DNA of 64,000 bases from the NCBI GenBank assembly GCA_041661605.1, contig JBAZUE010000001.1:670928-734927 (forward strand), in the 5' to 3' direction. How positions within the stretch are numbered: position 1 is the first letter of the stretch; every line of letters starts with the position of its first letter. The notes under the pieces are model-generated. The model saw nothing but the letters and a program-made list of their open reading frames with translations, was not told the origin of the DNA and did no database searches. The translations under genes and the position numbers were made by a program. The stretch comes from Candidatus Omnitrophota bacterium (GTDB taxonomy: Bacteria; Omnitrophota; Gorgyraeia; Gygaellales; Profunditerraquicolaceae). Shown here one piece after another: positions 18,979 through 29,995 of the stretch.

Positions 18979-20659
18979 AGAATATATCTTTAGCCTCAAG
19001 GATCAAGGATTCATCCTGCCGCCAGCTGTCTATTTTGGGTGTATAAACCAGGTCAAATGACTCAGCCTGCATAAGGCTGTTCAACAAGCCGGCCATACCA
19101 AAACCAATAACCTGATAAGTGGTTGCGCAGTCAGCTACCCAGAATTTAAGCGTCTCCCGGCCTAAGCTCTGCACCTGGCCTTTTAATTTAAGCCCGCGCG
19201 TATAAAATAGGGGCTCCGGGTTTGCCATGCCAAACGGCTCTAAAGACTCAAGCTCCCTGACCATTGTTTCATTTAAATCACTTAAAATTAACTCCGCGTC
19301 AATATCTATACTGGGAAGTAAATCATTAAAATCCAGCCGGTCATTGGCCAGTTTATTAATGCTCTTCCTGAATTCATCAATATTATCTTTAGTAATTAAC
19401 AATCCGGCGGCATGGGCATGACCACCAAAACTATCCAAAAGCTCTTTACAATCAACCAAAGCGTCAAAAAGATGAAAATTCTTAATTGAACGCGCCGACC
19501 CCTTGCATAAATCTTCACTCAATGAAATAACAATTGCCGGCCGGTAAAATCTGTCGGCAAGCTTTGAAGCGACAATCCCTAATACACCCTGATGCCAATC
19601 ATCTTTGGCAATTACAATTACCTTTTGCTCTTTAAAATTCATCTCCCGGTTGATCATCTCCTCTGCTTCTTCCAAGATCTTTGCTTCCACCTTCTGGCGC
19701 TGCCGGTTAAATTGATCAAGTTCTTTAGCTAAGCCTTGAGCCTCCTGGCTGCTCTGGCTCATCAGCAGCTTTAAAGATAATTCAGCGCTGCTCATCCGTC
19801 CAGAGGCGTTTAAACGCGGGGCGATAATAAAACTTATATAAGTAGAATTAAATTTCTTGTTTTTGATCCCCGCGTTGTCAATTATGGCGCGCAGGCCTTC
19901 TCTTTTAGTATCCTGCAGCCGCAATAACCCTTCTTTTGCGATGATGCGGTTCTCTCCGTTTAAAGGGACACTGTCAGCAACAGTGCCTAAAGTAACCAGG
20001 TCCAGGTCTTCGCTAAGCAAAGAACCGCTTATTGCCTGGCAAAATTTATAAGCTACGCCCACTCCGGCTAAATCCCTGAAAGGATAACCTGAATTTTTAA
20101 GTTTCGGATTAATCAGGCTTGAGGCCGCGGGCAAACCTACACCCTGCGGCTCATGATGGTCAGTGACAATCACATCAATATTTGCCTGCCTTAGACCCTC
20201 TACCTCTTTATGATTCGCTGTCCCGCAGTCAGCAGTAACCATAAGTTTTACGTTATTCTCTTTGGCAAAAACGATTATCTCTTTATTTAAACCATAACCT
20301 TCGGTAATCCGATGCGGGATATGATGCAGGACATCCAGCCCCAATGAAACAAGCGTATTCTTGACTAAAACCGTGCTGGTTATGCCATCCACATCATAAT
20401 CCCCAAAAACCATAACCCTCTCTTTATTCTCCTGAGCCTTCTTAACCAAGGCAGATGCCTTAGGCATATCGGAAAATAATTGCGGACTGAATAAATCCTT
20501 CATACCTGCCTTAAGGAATTTCTCCGCCTCGGAAACAGATTTTACTTTACGGTTAATTAAAACCTGGGCCAGGATTTTAGAGATGCCTAATTCTTTGGAT
20601 ATTTGATTTTGCAGATGGATGTGCGGGGTGGCTAATCTTAATATTTTATGAGAGGACAT
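18971..20659 (-). CDS. recJ: Single-stranded-DNA-specific exonuclease RecJ
   Basis: DHH family motifs: GDYDVDGITS, VTDHH, GGHAHAAG; 562 aa. Confidence 0.95.
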   Translation of the reverse strand: MSSHKILRLATPHIHLQNQISKELGISKILAQVLINRKVKSVSEAEKFLKAGMKDLFSPQLFSDMPKASALVKKAQENKERVMVFGDYDVDGITSTVLVKNTLVSLGLDVLHHIPHRITEGYGLNKEIIVFAKENNVKLMVTADCGTANHKEVEGLRQANIDVIVTDHHEPQGVGLPAASSLINPKLKNSGYPFRDLAGVGVAYKFCQAISGSLLSEDLDLVTLGTVADSVPLNGENRIIAKEGLLRLQDTKREGLRAIIDNAGIKNKKFNSTYISFIIAPRLNASGRMSSAELSLKLLMSQSSQEAQGLAKELDQFNRQRQKVEAKILEEAEEMINREMNFKEQKVIVIAKDDWHQGVLGIVASKLADRFYRPAIVISLSEDLCKGSARSIKNFHLFDALVDCKELLDSFGGHAHAAGLLITKDNIDEFRKSINKLANDRLDFNDLLPSIDIDAELILSDLNETMVRELESLEPFGMANPEPLFYTRGLKLKGQVQSLGRETLKFWVADCATTYQVIGFGMAGLLNSLMQAESFDLVYTPKIDSWRQDESLILEAKDIFFK

Positions 20660-20679
20660 ATATTTTCATTATCCTACGC

Positions 20680-22317
20680 TCACATACTTTCCGGTTGGCT
20701 TACACCTAATAGTTCTAATCCGCAGGATAAAACAATCTTTACCCCTTTAATCAAGGCAAGCCTTGCGCTGGTAAGCGCATCAGCCTGGCCTAAAACGCGG
20801 TGTAAATCATAAAATTTATGGAAGGTTTCAGATAACTCCTGCAGGTAAACTGTAACCATATAAGGATCGCAGGTAACTAAACATATATTAAGAACCGCCT
20901 TAAACTCTAAGCACTTCTTAATAAGGTTCAGCTCCTCCTTCTCTTTGAGCACAGAAAGGTCCAGATTACCATTGCTTTGAGTAGTAACGCTCCGTAATAT
21001 GCTGCAAATACGCGCGTGCGCGTACTGCACGTAATATACGGGATTTTCCGAACTTTGTTTCTTAGCCACTTCAAGATCAAAATCCAGATGACTGGATGTA
21101 CGGCGCATTAAAAAGAAAAATCTGGAGGCATCTGAGCCTACTTCATCCAGAACCTCGCGCAAAGTGATGTACTGGCCGCGCCGGGTGGACATTTGAACAG
21201 GCTGGCCGTTGCGAAAAATAGTTGCCAACTGAACAATAATTACAGATAAGTCCTCCGAAGAATGACCAAATGACTGAATTGAGGCCTTAATACGGTTAAT
21301 GTAACCGTGATGGTCCGGGCCCCAAAGGTTAATCAGCCAGCTAAAACCACGGTTAAATTTATCCTCGTGATATGCGATATCCGGAGCCAGGTATGTCTGG
21401 CTGCCGTCGCTTTTAATAATTACCCTGTCTTTATCATCACCAAAAGCAGTTGATTTAAACCAGAGCGCGCCATCCTGCTCAAACAAAAATCCCTTTTCCT
21501 TTAATTGGCTAAAGGCCTGCTCGATTTTGCCGCTTTTAGCCAGTTCCTTCTGCGAATACCAGCAATCAAAATTCACCCCGAAATCAAAAAGCTCCTGCTT
21601 TATAATCTTCAGGATATAATCTCCCGCGAAATCTCCCAGGGCTGCATCTGCGATCTTTTGCTTATCCGCTTCTTTGGCGATATCATATATATAATCACCC
21701 TGGTAATAATTCTCGGGGAATTCTTCTTTTTTGCCTGTTAATTCCTCACGGCGCAGCTGTACCGATTTACCCAAAATGTTAATCTGATTACCCTCATCAT
21801 TAAGATAATACTCACGCTGTATATTGAAATTAAGAAATCCTAGAATATTTGCCAGGCAATCCCCTACCGCCGCCTGGCGTGCATGGGCAACCGATAAAGA
21901 ACCGGTAGGATTAGCGCTGACAAACTCAATCAAAACCTTCCGCCCCTCTCCTAAATCCTGCCTTAAGGCATCTTTACCTTGAGTGATAATCTTATCTAAC
22001 TGATTGTAAAAATAATCCGCGTTAAGATAAAAATTTACGAAACCGGCGCCTTCGACTTTTACCTGGCTGATTAATTCTTTTAACCCGGATTCCGGGATCT
22101 CTTTTTGGATTGATTCAACCAATGCCGCGGCAATCTGGCGGGGAGGATTCTTGAGGGCCTTGCTTAATTTTAAAGCGATATTGGTGGTGAAATCTCCGAA
22201 ACGGCTGTCAGTGGGAAGGTCCAAAATAACCTCCTCCTGAGCAAGCTTGTCTAATTCGCCTGCCCGCAATGCGCTGATAACCAGGGCTGTCAGTTCCTCT
22301 TGAATATTCTTCTGCAT
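20680..22317 (-). CDS. argS: Arginine--tRNA ligase
   Basis: 545 aa; N-terminal add-1 domain, class I HIGH-like SANPTGSLSVAHAR, C-terminal DALR anticodon-binding domain. Confidence 0.95.
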   Translation of the reverse strand: MQKNIQEELTALVISALRAGELDKLAQEEVILDLPTDSRFGDFTTNIALKLSKALKNPPRQIAAALVESIQKEIPESGLKELISQVKVEGAGFVNFYLNADYFYNQLDKIITQGKDALRQDLGEGRKVLIEFVSANPTGSLSVAHARQAAVGDCLANILGFLNFNIQREYYLNDEGNQINILGKSVQLRREELTGKKEEFPENYYQGDYIYDIAKEADKQKIADAALGDFAGDYILKIIKQELFDFGVNFDCWYSQKELAKSGKIEQAFSQLKEKGFLFEQDGALWFKSTAFGDDKDRVIIKSDGSQTYLAPDIAYHEDKFNRGFSWLINLWGPDHHGYINRIKASIQSFGHSSEDLSVIIVQLATIFRNGQPVQMSTRRGQYITLREVLDEVGSDASRFFFLMRRTSSHLDFDLEVAKKQSSENPVYYVQYAHARICSILRSVTTQSNGNLDLSVLKEKEELNLIKKCLEFKAVLNICLVTCDPYMVTVYLQELSETFHKFYDLHRVLGQADALTSARLALIKGVKIVLSCGLELLGVSQPESM

Positions 22318-22372
22318 TTTAGTTTTTAGAAAAGAAGGTTACAAAATCGGAGGCCAAACCATGATTTACTAA

Positions 22373-22711
22373 TCACCTTGAGGCAGAAACACGGACTTTC
22401 TTAGCGTCAGACCAAAGGCTCTCTAAAGAATAAAACTCTCTCATAGGTTTATAAAAAGAGTGGGCGATTACCGAAACATAATCCAAAGCTATCCAACCGC
22501 TTTCGTCGCCGCGAGGAACCTTTGAGAGAGATTTTATCCCGTTCTTTTCCAAATCATCCCGAATCGCCTGGGCAATCGCAACGGTCTGCCTTAAAGAATT
22601 ACCGCTGGCGATAACAAAATAATCGCAGAAACCGGCTATTTTTGAAACATCAAGAATAACGACATTCTCGGCTTTTATGGATTTAGCAGCCCGGGCAATA
22701 GCTTGAGCCAA
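22373..22711 (-). CDS. rsfS: Ribosome silencing factor RsfS (iojap)
   Basis: DYFVIASGNSLRQTVAIAQAI ... WIALDYVSVIAHSF; TTG start as listed in the ORF track. Confidence 0.9.
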   Translation of the reverse strand: MAQAIARAAKSIKAENVVILDVSKIAGFCDYFVIASGNSLRQTVAIAQAIRDDLEKNGIKSLSKVPRGDESGWIALDYVSVIAHSFYKPMREFYSLESLWSDAKKVRVSASR

Positions 22712-22754
22712 CTGTTTTGATTCTATTTTAATACTCCTATTCCAAAGTAGTTGC

Positions 22755-22904
22755 TTATTTTTTGCCTAAGATCTTATACATTCCGGTCCCGCACTCAGGG
22801 CATTTACCTTTCATTGCCGGGCGGCCGTTCTTCATGGTTACCTTTTGCTCATCTTTCATATCTTTTTTACCTTTACATTTAACGCAATATCCAGTTTCAG
22901 CCAT
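22755..22904 (-). CDS. Small zinc-ribbon protein, DUF5679-like, 49 aa (not in ORF track)
   Basis: My translation: MAETGYCVKCKGKKDMKDEQKVTMKNGRPAMKGKCPECGTGMYKILGKK*, preceded by GGAGGaacaaATG; CxxC...CxxC. Confidence 0.7.
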   Translation of the reverse strand: MAETGYCVKCKGKKDMKDEQKVTMKNGRPAMKGKCPECGTGMYKILGKK

Positions 22905-22991
22905 TTGTTCCTCCTATTTTTATACAACATGCTGTTTAACTATAGGTTAATATTATCACAGCTAAATTTTTATGTCAAACGATTCTTAATC

Positions 22992-24017
22992 TTACTTCGG
23001 AGCTTTCCTGCCGTTATGATGCTTCTCTTCAATCTCACCGACAATCTCTTCCAGTAGATCCTCTAAGGTAACCAGCCCCAGGGTCTTCTTGTCTTTATCC
23101 GTGACAATAGCGATCTGCATCTTCTCTGTCTGGAACCTTTTCAAAAGTTCGTTAACCCGCATTGACCCCGGTACATAATAAGCATCATGCAGCAGATCCT
23201 GCAGCAGGAATAACCCTTTTTCTCTTAATATATAAAGAAGATCACTGGCATAAACTATGCCTACAATATTATCCAATGAACCGCTATATACCGGAAGCCT
23301 GGCATGCCCTTCTTCTACAAACAAATTAAGCAGGTCTTCGGAATTAGTATTAATACTAACGGCGACGATCTTATCTTTTGAAACCATAACATCGCTAAGT
23401 TTGGTGTCCCCGAATTCAAATATACGGTGCAGCATCTTACGCTCTTCTTCGCTTAAGACCCCTTCCTCTTTACCCATTTCAATCATCGTACGCAGCTCTT
23501 CCTCGGTAATTAAAGGAGAGCGCTTAGACGGCCCCACCCCAAAAATCCTGAGAATGAAGTTGCTGATACCGATAAAGAAAACAATCAACGGGTTGAGGAT
23601 CACAATTACTGTTTCCATCAGCGGCGCGGCAGCAAGCGCCACTTTCTCCGAGTGTTTTGATGAAAGGATTTTCGGAGTTACCTCGCAGAAAATAAGCAAT
23701 ATTAAAGTAGTGGTAAACGTAGATATAACTACACCCCAACGGTATCCATAAAGCTGCACAAATATACCGGTAACTATTGAGGAAATGGCGATATTAACTA
23801 TATTATTGCCGATAAGGATGGCAGCGATTACTTTATCCAGCTTAGTTACCAGCCGCTGGACGCTCTGAGCGCGCTTAATCCCTTTTTGCAGCATATGGCG
23901 TAAGCGGATCTTGCTCAAACCTATGATTGAAGTCTCCGAAGCTGAGAAGAAAAAAGAAAGCCCGGCCAAAATGACTATAATTAATATGATCCCCGGAGAA
24001 ATACCCAGCTGTTCCAT
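22992..24017 (-). CDS. CNNM/DUF21 transmembrane domain + CBS-pair protein (HlyC/CorC family)
   Basis: 4-TM DUF21 N-terminus and a tandem CBS region. The ORF appears to end after the CBS pair, with no obvious CorC_HlyC C-domain. Confidence 0.8.
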   Translation of the reverse strand: MEQLGISPGIILIIVILAGLSFFFSASETSIIGLSKIRLRHMLQKGIKRAQSVQRLVTKLDKVIAAILIGNNIVNIAISSIVTGIFVQLYGYRWGVVISTFTTTLILLIFCEVTPKILSSKHSEKVALAAAPLMETVIVILNPLIVFFIGISNFILRIFGVGPSKRSPLITEEELRTMIEMGKEEGVLSEEERKMLHRIFEFGDTKLSDVMVSKDKIVAVSINTNSEDLLNLFVEEGHARLPVYSGSLDNIVGIVYASDLLYILREKGLFLLQDLLHDAYYVPGSMRVNELLKRFQTEKMQIAIVTDKDKKTLGLVTLEDLLEEIVGEIEEKHHNGRKAPK

Positions 24018-24019
24018 AA

Positions 24020-25288
24020 TTATCCTAAATTAAGTTTTGAATAAATCCTCTTCTTTGCTTTTTCTAACGGCCCGATCAGGGACAGGTTTATCTTCTCGCG
24101 CTTAAATATCTGTTGAGCGACATTTCTTATATCTTCAATATTTACTTTATTTATTTCTTTAATAACCTCTTCTAATGTATATACTTTATCCAGGCAAGCC
24201 ATACTCTCACCCATCCAAAGCATATACTCCATTGTATCTTCTAAAGCCAGCATGAGCTGGCCCAGATAAAACTCTTTTGCCCGCTTAAATTCATCAGTAG
24301 TCACCGGCTTATTCTTTATCACCTCTAACTCTTTAAAGATTAACTCCAGGCAAGGGACAACTTTGTAGTTATCTATGCCGGCGTGGACTAAAAAGGCCCC
24401 CGTATCATGATAGCGTTTTAACCCTGTGCCTATCTCATAAGCCAGGCCTCTTTTCTCCCTTACCTCATTAAATAGCCGGCTGGACATATTTGCACCCAGG
24501 ATTATATGCAGCAATGACTGGGCGTGCCTTAGGGGATGATCGCGTTTTAAACCATGGAACCCTAACGCCATATGGGTCTGCTCGGTGGCCTTATGGAAAA
24601 TCTTGAGCTGCTGCTTGTCCTGGGCTTCCGTAGCAGCCGTAAATGTATTTAGGCCACTGGGGGTTTTCCCCGCGAAAATAGCAGAAACTTTTTTTACCAA
24701 TAAATCGTGATCTATTAATCCTGCGGCGCTGATTACGATATTAGCCGGGGTATAATGCGCCTTTTGAAAAGAGCTTAAGTTATCACGGGTGATATTTCCT
24801 ACTGATTCGACTGTCCCTATTACCGGCTCGCCAATCGCCTGATGCGGCCAAAGCAGTTCATCCAGAAGCTCATAAACATAGCTTTGCGGGAGATCCCTAT
24901 ACATCTTTAACTCTTCCAAAATGACTGCCTTTTCTTTCTTTACGTCCTCCTGCTTCAGGCATGGAGCAGATACCATGTCGGATAAAATATCCAGGGCCTT
25001 GGCCTGATAGCGGCTGGGTATCTTAACCAAATAACAGGTAAGCTCTTCGGAGGTAAAGCCGTTTAAGGCGCCTCCAACCCCTTCGATCGATTCTTTAATT
25101 AAACGGCAAGAATATTTTTTGCTTCCCTTAAAAAGCAAGTGCTCCAGAAAATGCGAGATACCTTTACAAACAGGCGCTTCATAGCGGCCGCCGATATTAA
25201 TCCAGATGCCCAAAGAAAGGCTTCCTACACCGCTTAAACGCTTGGTAATTATCCTTAAACCGTTAGCTAGTTTAGTTTTTTTAAACAT
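24020..25288 (-). CDS. M16 family zinc peptidase (insulinase-like)
   Basis: Inverted zinc motif HxxEH (GISHFLEHLLFKGS); 422 aa. Confidence 0.85.
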   Translation of the reverse strand: MFKKTKLANGLRIITKRLSGVGSLSLGIWINIGGRYEAPVCKGISHFLEHLLFKGSKKYSCRLIKESIEGVGGALNGFTSEELTCYLVKIPSRYQAKALDILSDMVSAPCLKQEDVKKEKAVILEELKMYRDLPQSYVYELLDELLWPHQAIGEPVIGTVESVGNITRDNLSSFQKAHYTPANIVISAAGLIDHDLLVKKVSAIFAGKTPSGLNTFTAATEAQDKQQLKIFHKATEQTHMALGFHGLKRDHPLRHAQSLLHIILGANMSSRLFNEVREKRGLAYEIGTGLKRYHDTGAFLVHAGIDNYKVVPCLELIFKELEVIKNKPVTTDEFKRAKEFYLGQLMLALEDTMEYMLWMGESMACLDKVYTLEEVIKEINKVNIEDIRNVAQQIFKREKINLSLIGPLEKAKKRIYSKLNLG

Positions 25289-26066
25289 GGAGACTTTCTA
25301 CAAAATTACCTACCCTTTTTATCAAATCCCCGCGGGTAATATTTTCCCGTATCTTATTTACGATAGCGCTGCCGACAATCCCCCCGTCACAAATCTCCTG
25401 TACCTGCCTTAGTTGGCTTGCGTCAGAAATACCAAATCCCGCGCAGACCGGAATACGTGCTGCTTTCTTAATCTTGGCAAGATTTGATTTCAAATCCGCT
25501 GCCAGGCTCATGCGCGCTCCGGTAACCCCGGTTAAAGAAACATAGTAGATAAAACCCCTGGCTATCCTGGCTATTGACTTGATTCGGCTATCTGAACTGG
25601 TCGGCGCAAGAAAACAAATATTAGCCAGGCCTTTTTTATTAGCATAAATGATAAAATCCTTGGCTTCTTCGGGGGGCAAATCCGGGATAATCACGCCGTC
25701 AACTCCGGCAGCTACAGCTTTATCCACAAAACTTTTATCACCAAGACGGAATATAGGATTATAATAGCTCATAAGACAAATTGGCAAATCTGTGGCCTTG
25801 CGCAAAGATTTTACTAAAGCCAGGATCTTGATTAAATTTGTTTTCTTTTTAAGAGAATACATGGAGGCCTCCTGGATCACCGGTCCATCAGCCAAAGGAT
25901 CAGAAAAAGGCACCCCCAATTCAATTATATCAACCCCTCTTTTCTCAAGCTCTAAAACAAGCCTGCCGGTCATTGTTAAATTTGGGTAGCCGGCGGTAAT
26001 AAAAGCGATAAAAGCCTTTTTTTCTTTTTTCTTAAGCTCTGCAAATTTTTTATCAATACGATTCAT
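25281..26066 (-). CDS. trpA: Tryptophan synthase alpha chain
   Basis: Start moved to ATG 26066 ([28 protein letters not shown]...) with an AAGGA SD. The ORF-track start (26114) would overlap trpB by 62 nt. Confidence 0.9.
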   Translation of the reverse strand: MNRIDKKFAELKKKEKKAFIAFITAGYPNLTMTGRLVLELEKRGVDIIELGVPFSDPLADGPVIQEASMYSLKKKTNLIKILALVKSLRKATDLPICLMSYYNPIFRLGDKSFVDKAVAAGVDGVIIPDLPPEEAKDFIIYANKKGLANICFLAPTSSDSRIKSIARIARGFIYYVSLTGVTGARMSLAADLKSNLAKIKKAARIPVCAGFGISDASQLRQVQEICDGGIVGSAIVNKIRENITRGDLIKRVGNFVESLHV

Positions 26067-27231
26067 GTAAATCCTTATCCCCTCTGCCTGACAAGCAAAC
26101 GACAACCACTGCATCCTTCTTTATTTTTTTCCCCGCTTTCTTTAAATAAGCAATGGCATGGGCGGATTCCAGCGCCGGGATAATCCCCTCAATTTCGGAT
26201 AATAATTTAAACCCCTCCAGAGCTTCTTTATCACTGACCGCCACGTAACTGGCCCTCTTAATCTCTTTATAATAAGCGTGCTCCGGGCCAACCCCGGGAT
26301 AATCCAGCCCGGCGGCCACGGAATGCGCATTCTTAATCTGACCGAATTTATCCTGCAGGACATCAGATTTGCAGCCATGCAATACTCCGGGAACCCCGGC
26401 CACAAGGCTTGCGGAATGTTTTCCTGAAGACAGTCCTAATCCGGCCGCTTCCACGCCAATCATTTTCACAGATTTATCTTTAAAAAAAGGATAAAACAAA
26501 CCCATGGCATTGCTGCCTCCTCCGACACAAGCCACAAGATAATCCGGCAATTTATTTTCTTTCTTCAAAATCTGCTGCCTTGCCTCTTTGCCGATTACCG
26601 ACTGGAAATCTCGCACCATGGCAGGATATGGATGCGGTCCGGCAACCGTACCGATAATGTAGTAGGTATTGCGCACATTAGTTACCCAATCGCGCAGGGC
26701 CTCGGTCATGGCGTCCTTTAAAGTCCTGGTTCCGCTCTTTACAGGGACCACCCGTGCGCCCAATAATTTCATCCGCAGGACATTCAACGCCTGACGCTGG
26801 ATATCCTCCTCCCCCATATATATATCGCATTCTAAATCGAATAATGCCGCAACCGTTGCGGTAGCCACTCCATGCTGGCCGGCGCCTGTCTCGGCGATCA
26901 CCCTTTTCTTGCCCATTTTTCTGGCAAGAATAGCCTGCCCCAAAGTATTATTTATCTTATGTGCACCGGTATGCAAAAGGTCCTCTCTTTTCAGATAAAC
27001 CTTTTTTATTCCAATATACTTGCTCAAATTTTTAGCCAGATATAACGGAGTTGGCCTGCCGGCGTATTCACTAAGATAAGAGGAAAATTCCTCACGGAAT
27101 CTTTTATCTTTTTTAACCGCAAGATATTCTTTTTCCAATTCATCCAGGGCATAGATCAGCGTTTCCGGAACGAACCTGCCTCCAAAAATGCCAAAATGCC
27201 CTGTTTTATCCGGTAAAATCTTTTGTGTCAT
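26053..27231 (-). CDS. trpB: Tryptophan synthase beta chain
   Basis: PLP-lysine motif [17 protein letters not shown]. Confidence 0.97.
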   Translation of the reverse strand: MTQKILPDKTGHFGIFGGRFVPETLIYALDELEKEYLAVKKDKRFREEFSSYLSEYAGRPTPLYLAKNLSKYIGIKKVYLKREDLLHTGAHKINNTLGQAILARKMGKKRVIAETGAGQHGVATATVAALFDLECDIYMGEEDIQRQALNVLRMKLLGARVVPVKSGTRTLKDAMTEALRDWVTNVRNTYYIIGTVAGPHPYPAMVRDFQSVIGKEARQQILKKENKLPDYLVACVGGGSNAMGLFYPFFKDKSVKMIGVEAAGLGLSSGKHSASLVAGVPGVLHGCKSDVLQDKFGQIKNAHSVAAGLDYPGVGPEHAYYKEIKRASYVAVSDKEALEGFKLLSEIEGIIPALESAHAIAYLKKAGKKIKKDAVVVVCLSGRGDKDLHESY

Positions 27232-27581
27232 GGGTAAATCCTTTGGTAATCCTGCAGCGAACCTCCAATAATACTTTCCCAGAAGGAACGAATTCCTTCC
27301 CCTAAATCCTTAAGCATCATCTGTGCGTCCTGCGCGTTTAACGGCAGGTAAAAATGCGGCAGGTTCACTCCCACAAAAGGAATCCCCAGCATCGCATTCC
27401 TTAAAAACCCAAAAACCAGATAAAGAAATAAGCTGCCTAAAGCAAACAATATAAAAAAAGTAATCAGGCAGCCAAAAAGGCAATTTAATCTTTTATTCTT
27501 TTTATTCAGGAATTCACCGCAATGCTTGCATTTTATTGCATCATCCTGAATCTCTTCCCGGCAAAATGGGCATTTTTTCAT
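27228..27581 (-). CDS. Zinc-ribbon membrane protein embedded in the trp operon
   Basis: [24 protein letters not shown] (CxxC-x11-CxxC) followed by two TM helices; 4-nt overlaps with trpF and trpB. Confidence 0.6.
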   Translation of the reverse strand: MKKCPFCREEIQDDAIKCKHCGEFLNKKNKRLNCLFGCLITFFILFALGSLFLYLVFGFLRNAMLGIPFVGVNLPHFYLPLNAQDAQMMLKDLGEGIRSFWESIIGGSLQDYQRIYP

Positions 27582-28195
27582 AATCTAGAACACTTTTTTA
27601 TAAACTCTTTTATCTTCCGGTGGTCCTTTTTACCCGGCTTTGACTCCAATGCGCTTGAAACATCCACCCAATCAGGTTTTAACAATTTAATTGCCTTACC
27701 TACATTGCCAGCAGTTAAGCCGCCGGAAAGAAAAACCGGAGCCTTTATTCTATCCAGTTTTCTTAGTAAATTCCAGTTAAACTTTTTTCCTGTGCCGCCA
27801 GGCTTGCCTTTTAAATAAGTATCAAAAAGGCAGGCGCAGCCTTTATATTCCGATATTCCGGCTAAATCCAGTTTGTCCTTAACAGGAAAAGCTTTAATAA
27901 TTTTATATCCTTTGAATTTACGGCAGTAGGCGGCAGGCTCCCGGCCATGAAACTGCAGTGTATCTAAGCCACAAAGCCTGGCGATCTTCTTTACCGTCCT
28001 GATATCCTCATCCACAAAAACACCTACGCGGCTGATCTTCTTGGGTAAAATACGCGAAATATTTCTGGCGCAAATAGGGCTGATATAACGGGGGCTTTTT
28101 TTATAAAAAACAAAACCTATTGCGCTGGCTCCGCTGAATAAAGACACCAAAGCATCTTCTAAATTAGTTATCCCGCAAATCTTCACCTTAACCAT
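27578..28195 (-). CDS. trpF: Phosphoribosylanthranilate isomerase
   Basis: MVKVKICGITN..., 205 aa, operon context. Confidence 0.9.
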   Translation of the reverse strand: MVKVKICGITNLEDALVSLFSGASAIGFVFYKKSPRYISPICARNISRILPKKISRVGVFVDEDIRTVKKIARLCGLDTLQFHGREPAAYCRKFKGYKIIKAFPVKDKLDLAGISEYKGCACLFDTYLKGKPGGTGKKFNWNLLRKLDRIKAPVFLSGGLTAGNVGKAIKLLKPDWVDVSSALESKPGKKDHRKIKEFIKKCSRL

Positions 28196-28197
28196 AT

Positions 28198-28986
28198 CTA
28201 CCAGCCCATTACCTCTTCTACTTTTTTCTTAATATCTTCAGCTTCCATAAAAGCAGTGCCGATCAGCACGCTGCTTGCCCCCAGTATCTTTAGAAATAAA
28301 ACATCCTGATAATTCTTGATCCCGCTCTCTACAACCACGACTTTATCCCGGGGGATCAAGGTAAATAATTTTTCCGTAGTCTTGAAATCAACCTCCAGAG
28401 TGCGCAGGTTGCGGTTATTTATCCCGATTATAGGAGGTTTCAAGTTAAGAACTTTTTTAAGCTCTTTTTCATCATGCACTTCCACTAAATAATCCATACC
28501 CAAACTATCAGCCAGCTGCATTAACTCCACCAGTTTATCTTTAGTTAATAAATCCGCGATCAATAAAACCGCATCCGCACCTAAATAACGCGATTCATAT
28601 ACCTGATAAGCTTCTAAAATAAAATCTTTTCTTAAAACCGGCCCGGAAATTATATTTTTTACTTCATTTATATAAAGCGGGCTTCCTCCAAAAAAATCCT
28701 CCTCAGTTAAAACAGAGACTGCCTGAACTCCTGCATCCTGATAGCTTTGGGCAATATCATGCAGGTTAAAATTCTGGCGGATCAGGCCCTTAGAAGGTGA
28801 AGATTGTTTAATTTCGGCGATAAGAGAAATTTGGCGCGGCTTGCTGATTGCCTCTTTAAATGGACGGCAAGGCGGCAGGCCGGTTAGTTTTGCCTTCAAA
28901 TCATCTTCGCAAAGCTGCTGTTTAGATAAAACAACTCTTTCTTTTTTCTTTGCCACAATTTCTTTTAAAGTATCAACTTTAGCCAT
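28198..28986 (-). CDS. trpC: Indole-3-glycerol phosphate synthase
   Basis: LIAEIKQSSPSKG, RKDFI, INNRNL motifs. Confidence 0.92.
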   Translation of the reverse strand: MAKVDTLKEIVAKKKERVVLSKQQLCEDDLKAKLTGLPPCRPFKEAISKPRQISLIAEIKQSSPSKGLIRQNFNLHDIAQSYQDAGVQAVSVLTEEDFFGGSPLYINEVKNIISGPVLRKDFILEAYQVYESRYLGADAVLLIADLLTKDKLVELMQLADSLGMDYLVEVHDEKELKKVLNLKPPIIGINNRNLRTLEVDFKTTEKLFTLIPRDKVVVVESGIKNYQDVLFLKILGASSVLIGTAFMEAEDIKKKVEEVMGW

Positions 28987-28987
28987 C

Positions 28988-29995
28988 TTAGCCTGAATAC
29001 TCCTTTAATAATTCCAGTTTTCTTAATGCCGCTTTTGAATCGATCGATTTTTCAGCCAATTTTATTCCTTCGCCGATACTCTCAGTTTTATCAGCGGCAT
29101 AAATAGCGCAGCCGGCATTTAATAAAACAATATCCCGGGCCCTGCCCGCTTTACCGCTTAATACATCCTGGGCAATTTTAACATTCTCCCCGATCGAACC
29201 TCCGGCTAAATCATCAGGTTTAGCCATGGCCAAGCCAAAATCTTGCGGGTTTATTTCATAATCTCTTAATACCCCGTTATTGGCCTCGGAAACAAAACTT
29301 TTGTCGGTAGTAGTTACTTCATCCAAACCGTCTGCTCCATGCACCACCAAGACATGCTTAGATCCCAAATTATATAAAACCTGCGCCAGCGGCCTGGTCC
29401 ATTCCTTTGAATACACTCCGATTAACTGGTTAGTCGCACGCGCCGGGTTAATCAGCGGGCCCAAGATATTGAACATGGTTTTTCCGGCAATCTGTTTTCT
29501 CGCCGGCATAACGTTTTTCATTGCCGGATGAAGGTTCGGAGCGAACAAAAAAGCGATGCCTATCTCTTCAAGGCACTTCTTGATCTTAGCCTTATCCATA
29601 TTGATATTTACGCCCAGAGCCTCCAAAATGTCGGCGCTGCCGCATTTACTGGATACCGAACGATTACCGTGTTTGGCCACGGTAATTCCGGCTCCGCTGG
29701 CAACCAAAGCGGTAATTGTCGAAATATTAAAGGTGCCCTTTTTGTCCCCTCCGGTCCCGCAAGTATCCAGTATTTTCTCGGTATCTATGATAATCGGCTC
29801 GACATATTTAAGCATTTCTTTTACCGCCGCAGTCAACTCTTCGACTGTCTCGCCTTTTTCATTTAAAGAAGCCAGGAAATTAATGATATCGGCGGTTTCC
29901 GTCGACCCACTCAGGATATCCCGCATTACCTGCTGCATCTGCGCGGCAGTCAAATCTTTTTTATTAACCAGTTGTTTAACCAGATCCCTGATCAT
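28988..29995 (-). CDS. trpD: Anthranilate phosphoribosyltransferase
   Basis: DTCGTGGDKKGTFNIST, KHGNRSVSS motifs. Confidence 0.95.
   Translation of the reverse strand: MIRDLVKQLVNKKDLTAAQMQQVMRDILSGSTETADIINFLASLNEKGETVEELTAAVKEMLKYVEPIIIDTEKILDTCGTGGDKKGTFNISTITALVASGAGITVAKHGNRSVSSKCGSADILEALGVNINMDKAKIKKCLEEIGIAFLFAPNLHPAMKNVMPARKQIAGKTMFNILGPLINPARATNQLIGVYSKEWTRPLAQVLYNLGSKHVLVVHGADGLDEVTTTDKSFVSEANNGVLRDYEINPQDFGLAMAKPDDLAGGSIGENVKIAQDVLSGKAGRARDIVLLNAGCAIYAADKTESIGEGIKLAEKSIDSKAALRKLELLKEYSG

Noticed and set aside
26067-26114. Upstream extension of trpA ([16 protein letters not shown]).
   Set aside because: It would overlap trpB by 62 nt. The internal ATG at 26066 has an AAGGA SD and gives a typical TrpA N-terminus.
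26142-26405. Same-strand alternative-frame ORFs inside known genes (26142-26405 in trpB; 34445-34672 and 34841-35026 in rho; 23524-23739 in the CNNM gene; 59522-59731 in infB; 1804-1992 in ftsK).
   Set aside because: They are nested out of frame in highly conserved genes and have no independent signals. They are treated as chance ORFs.
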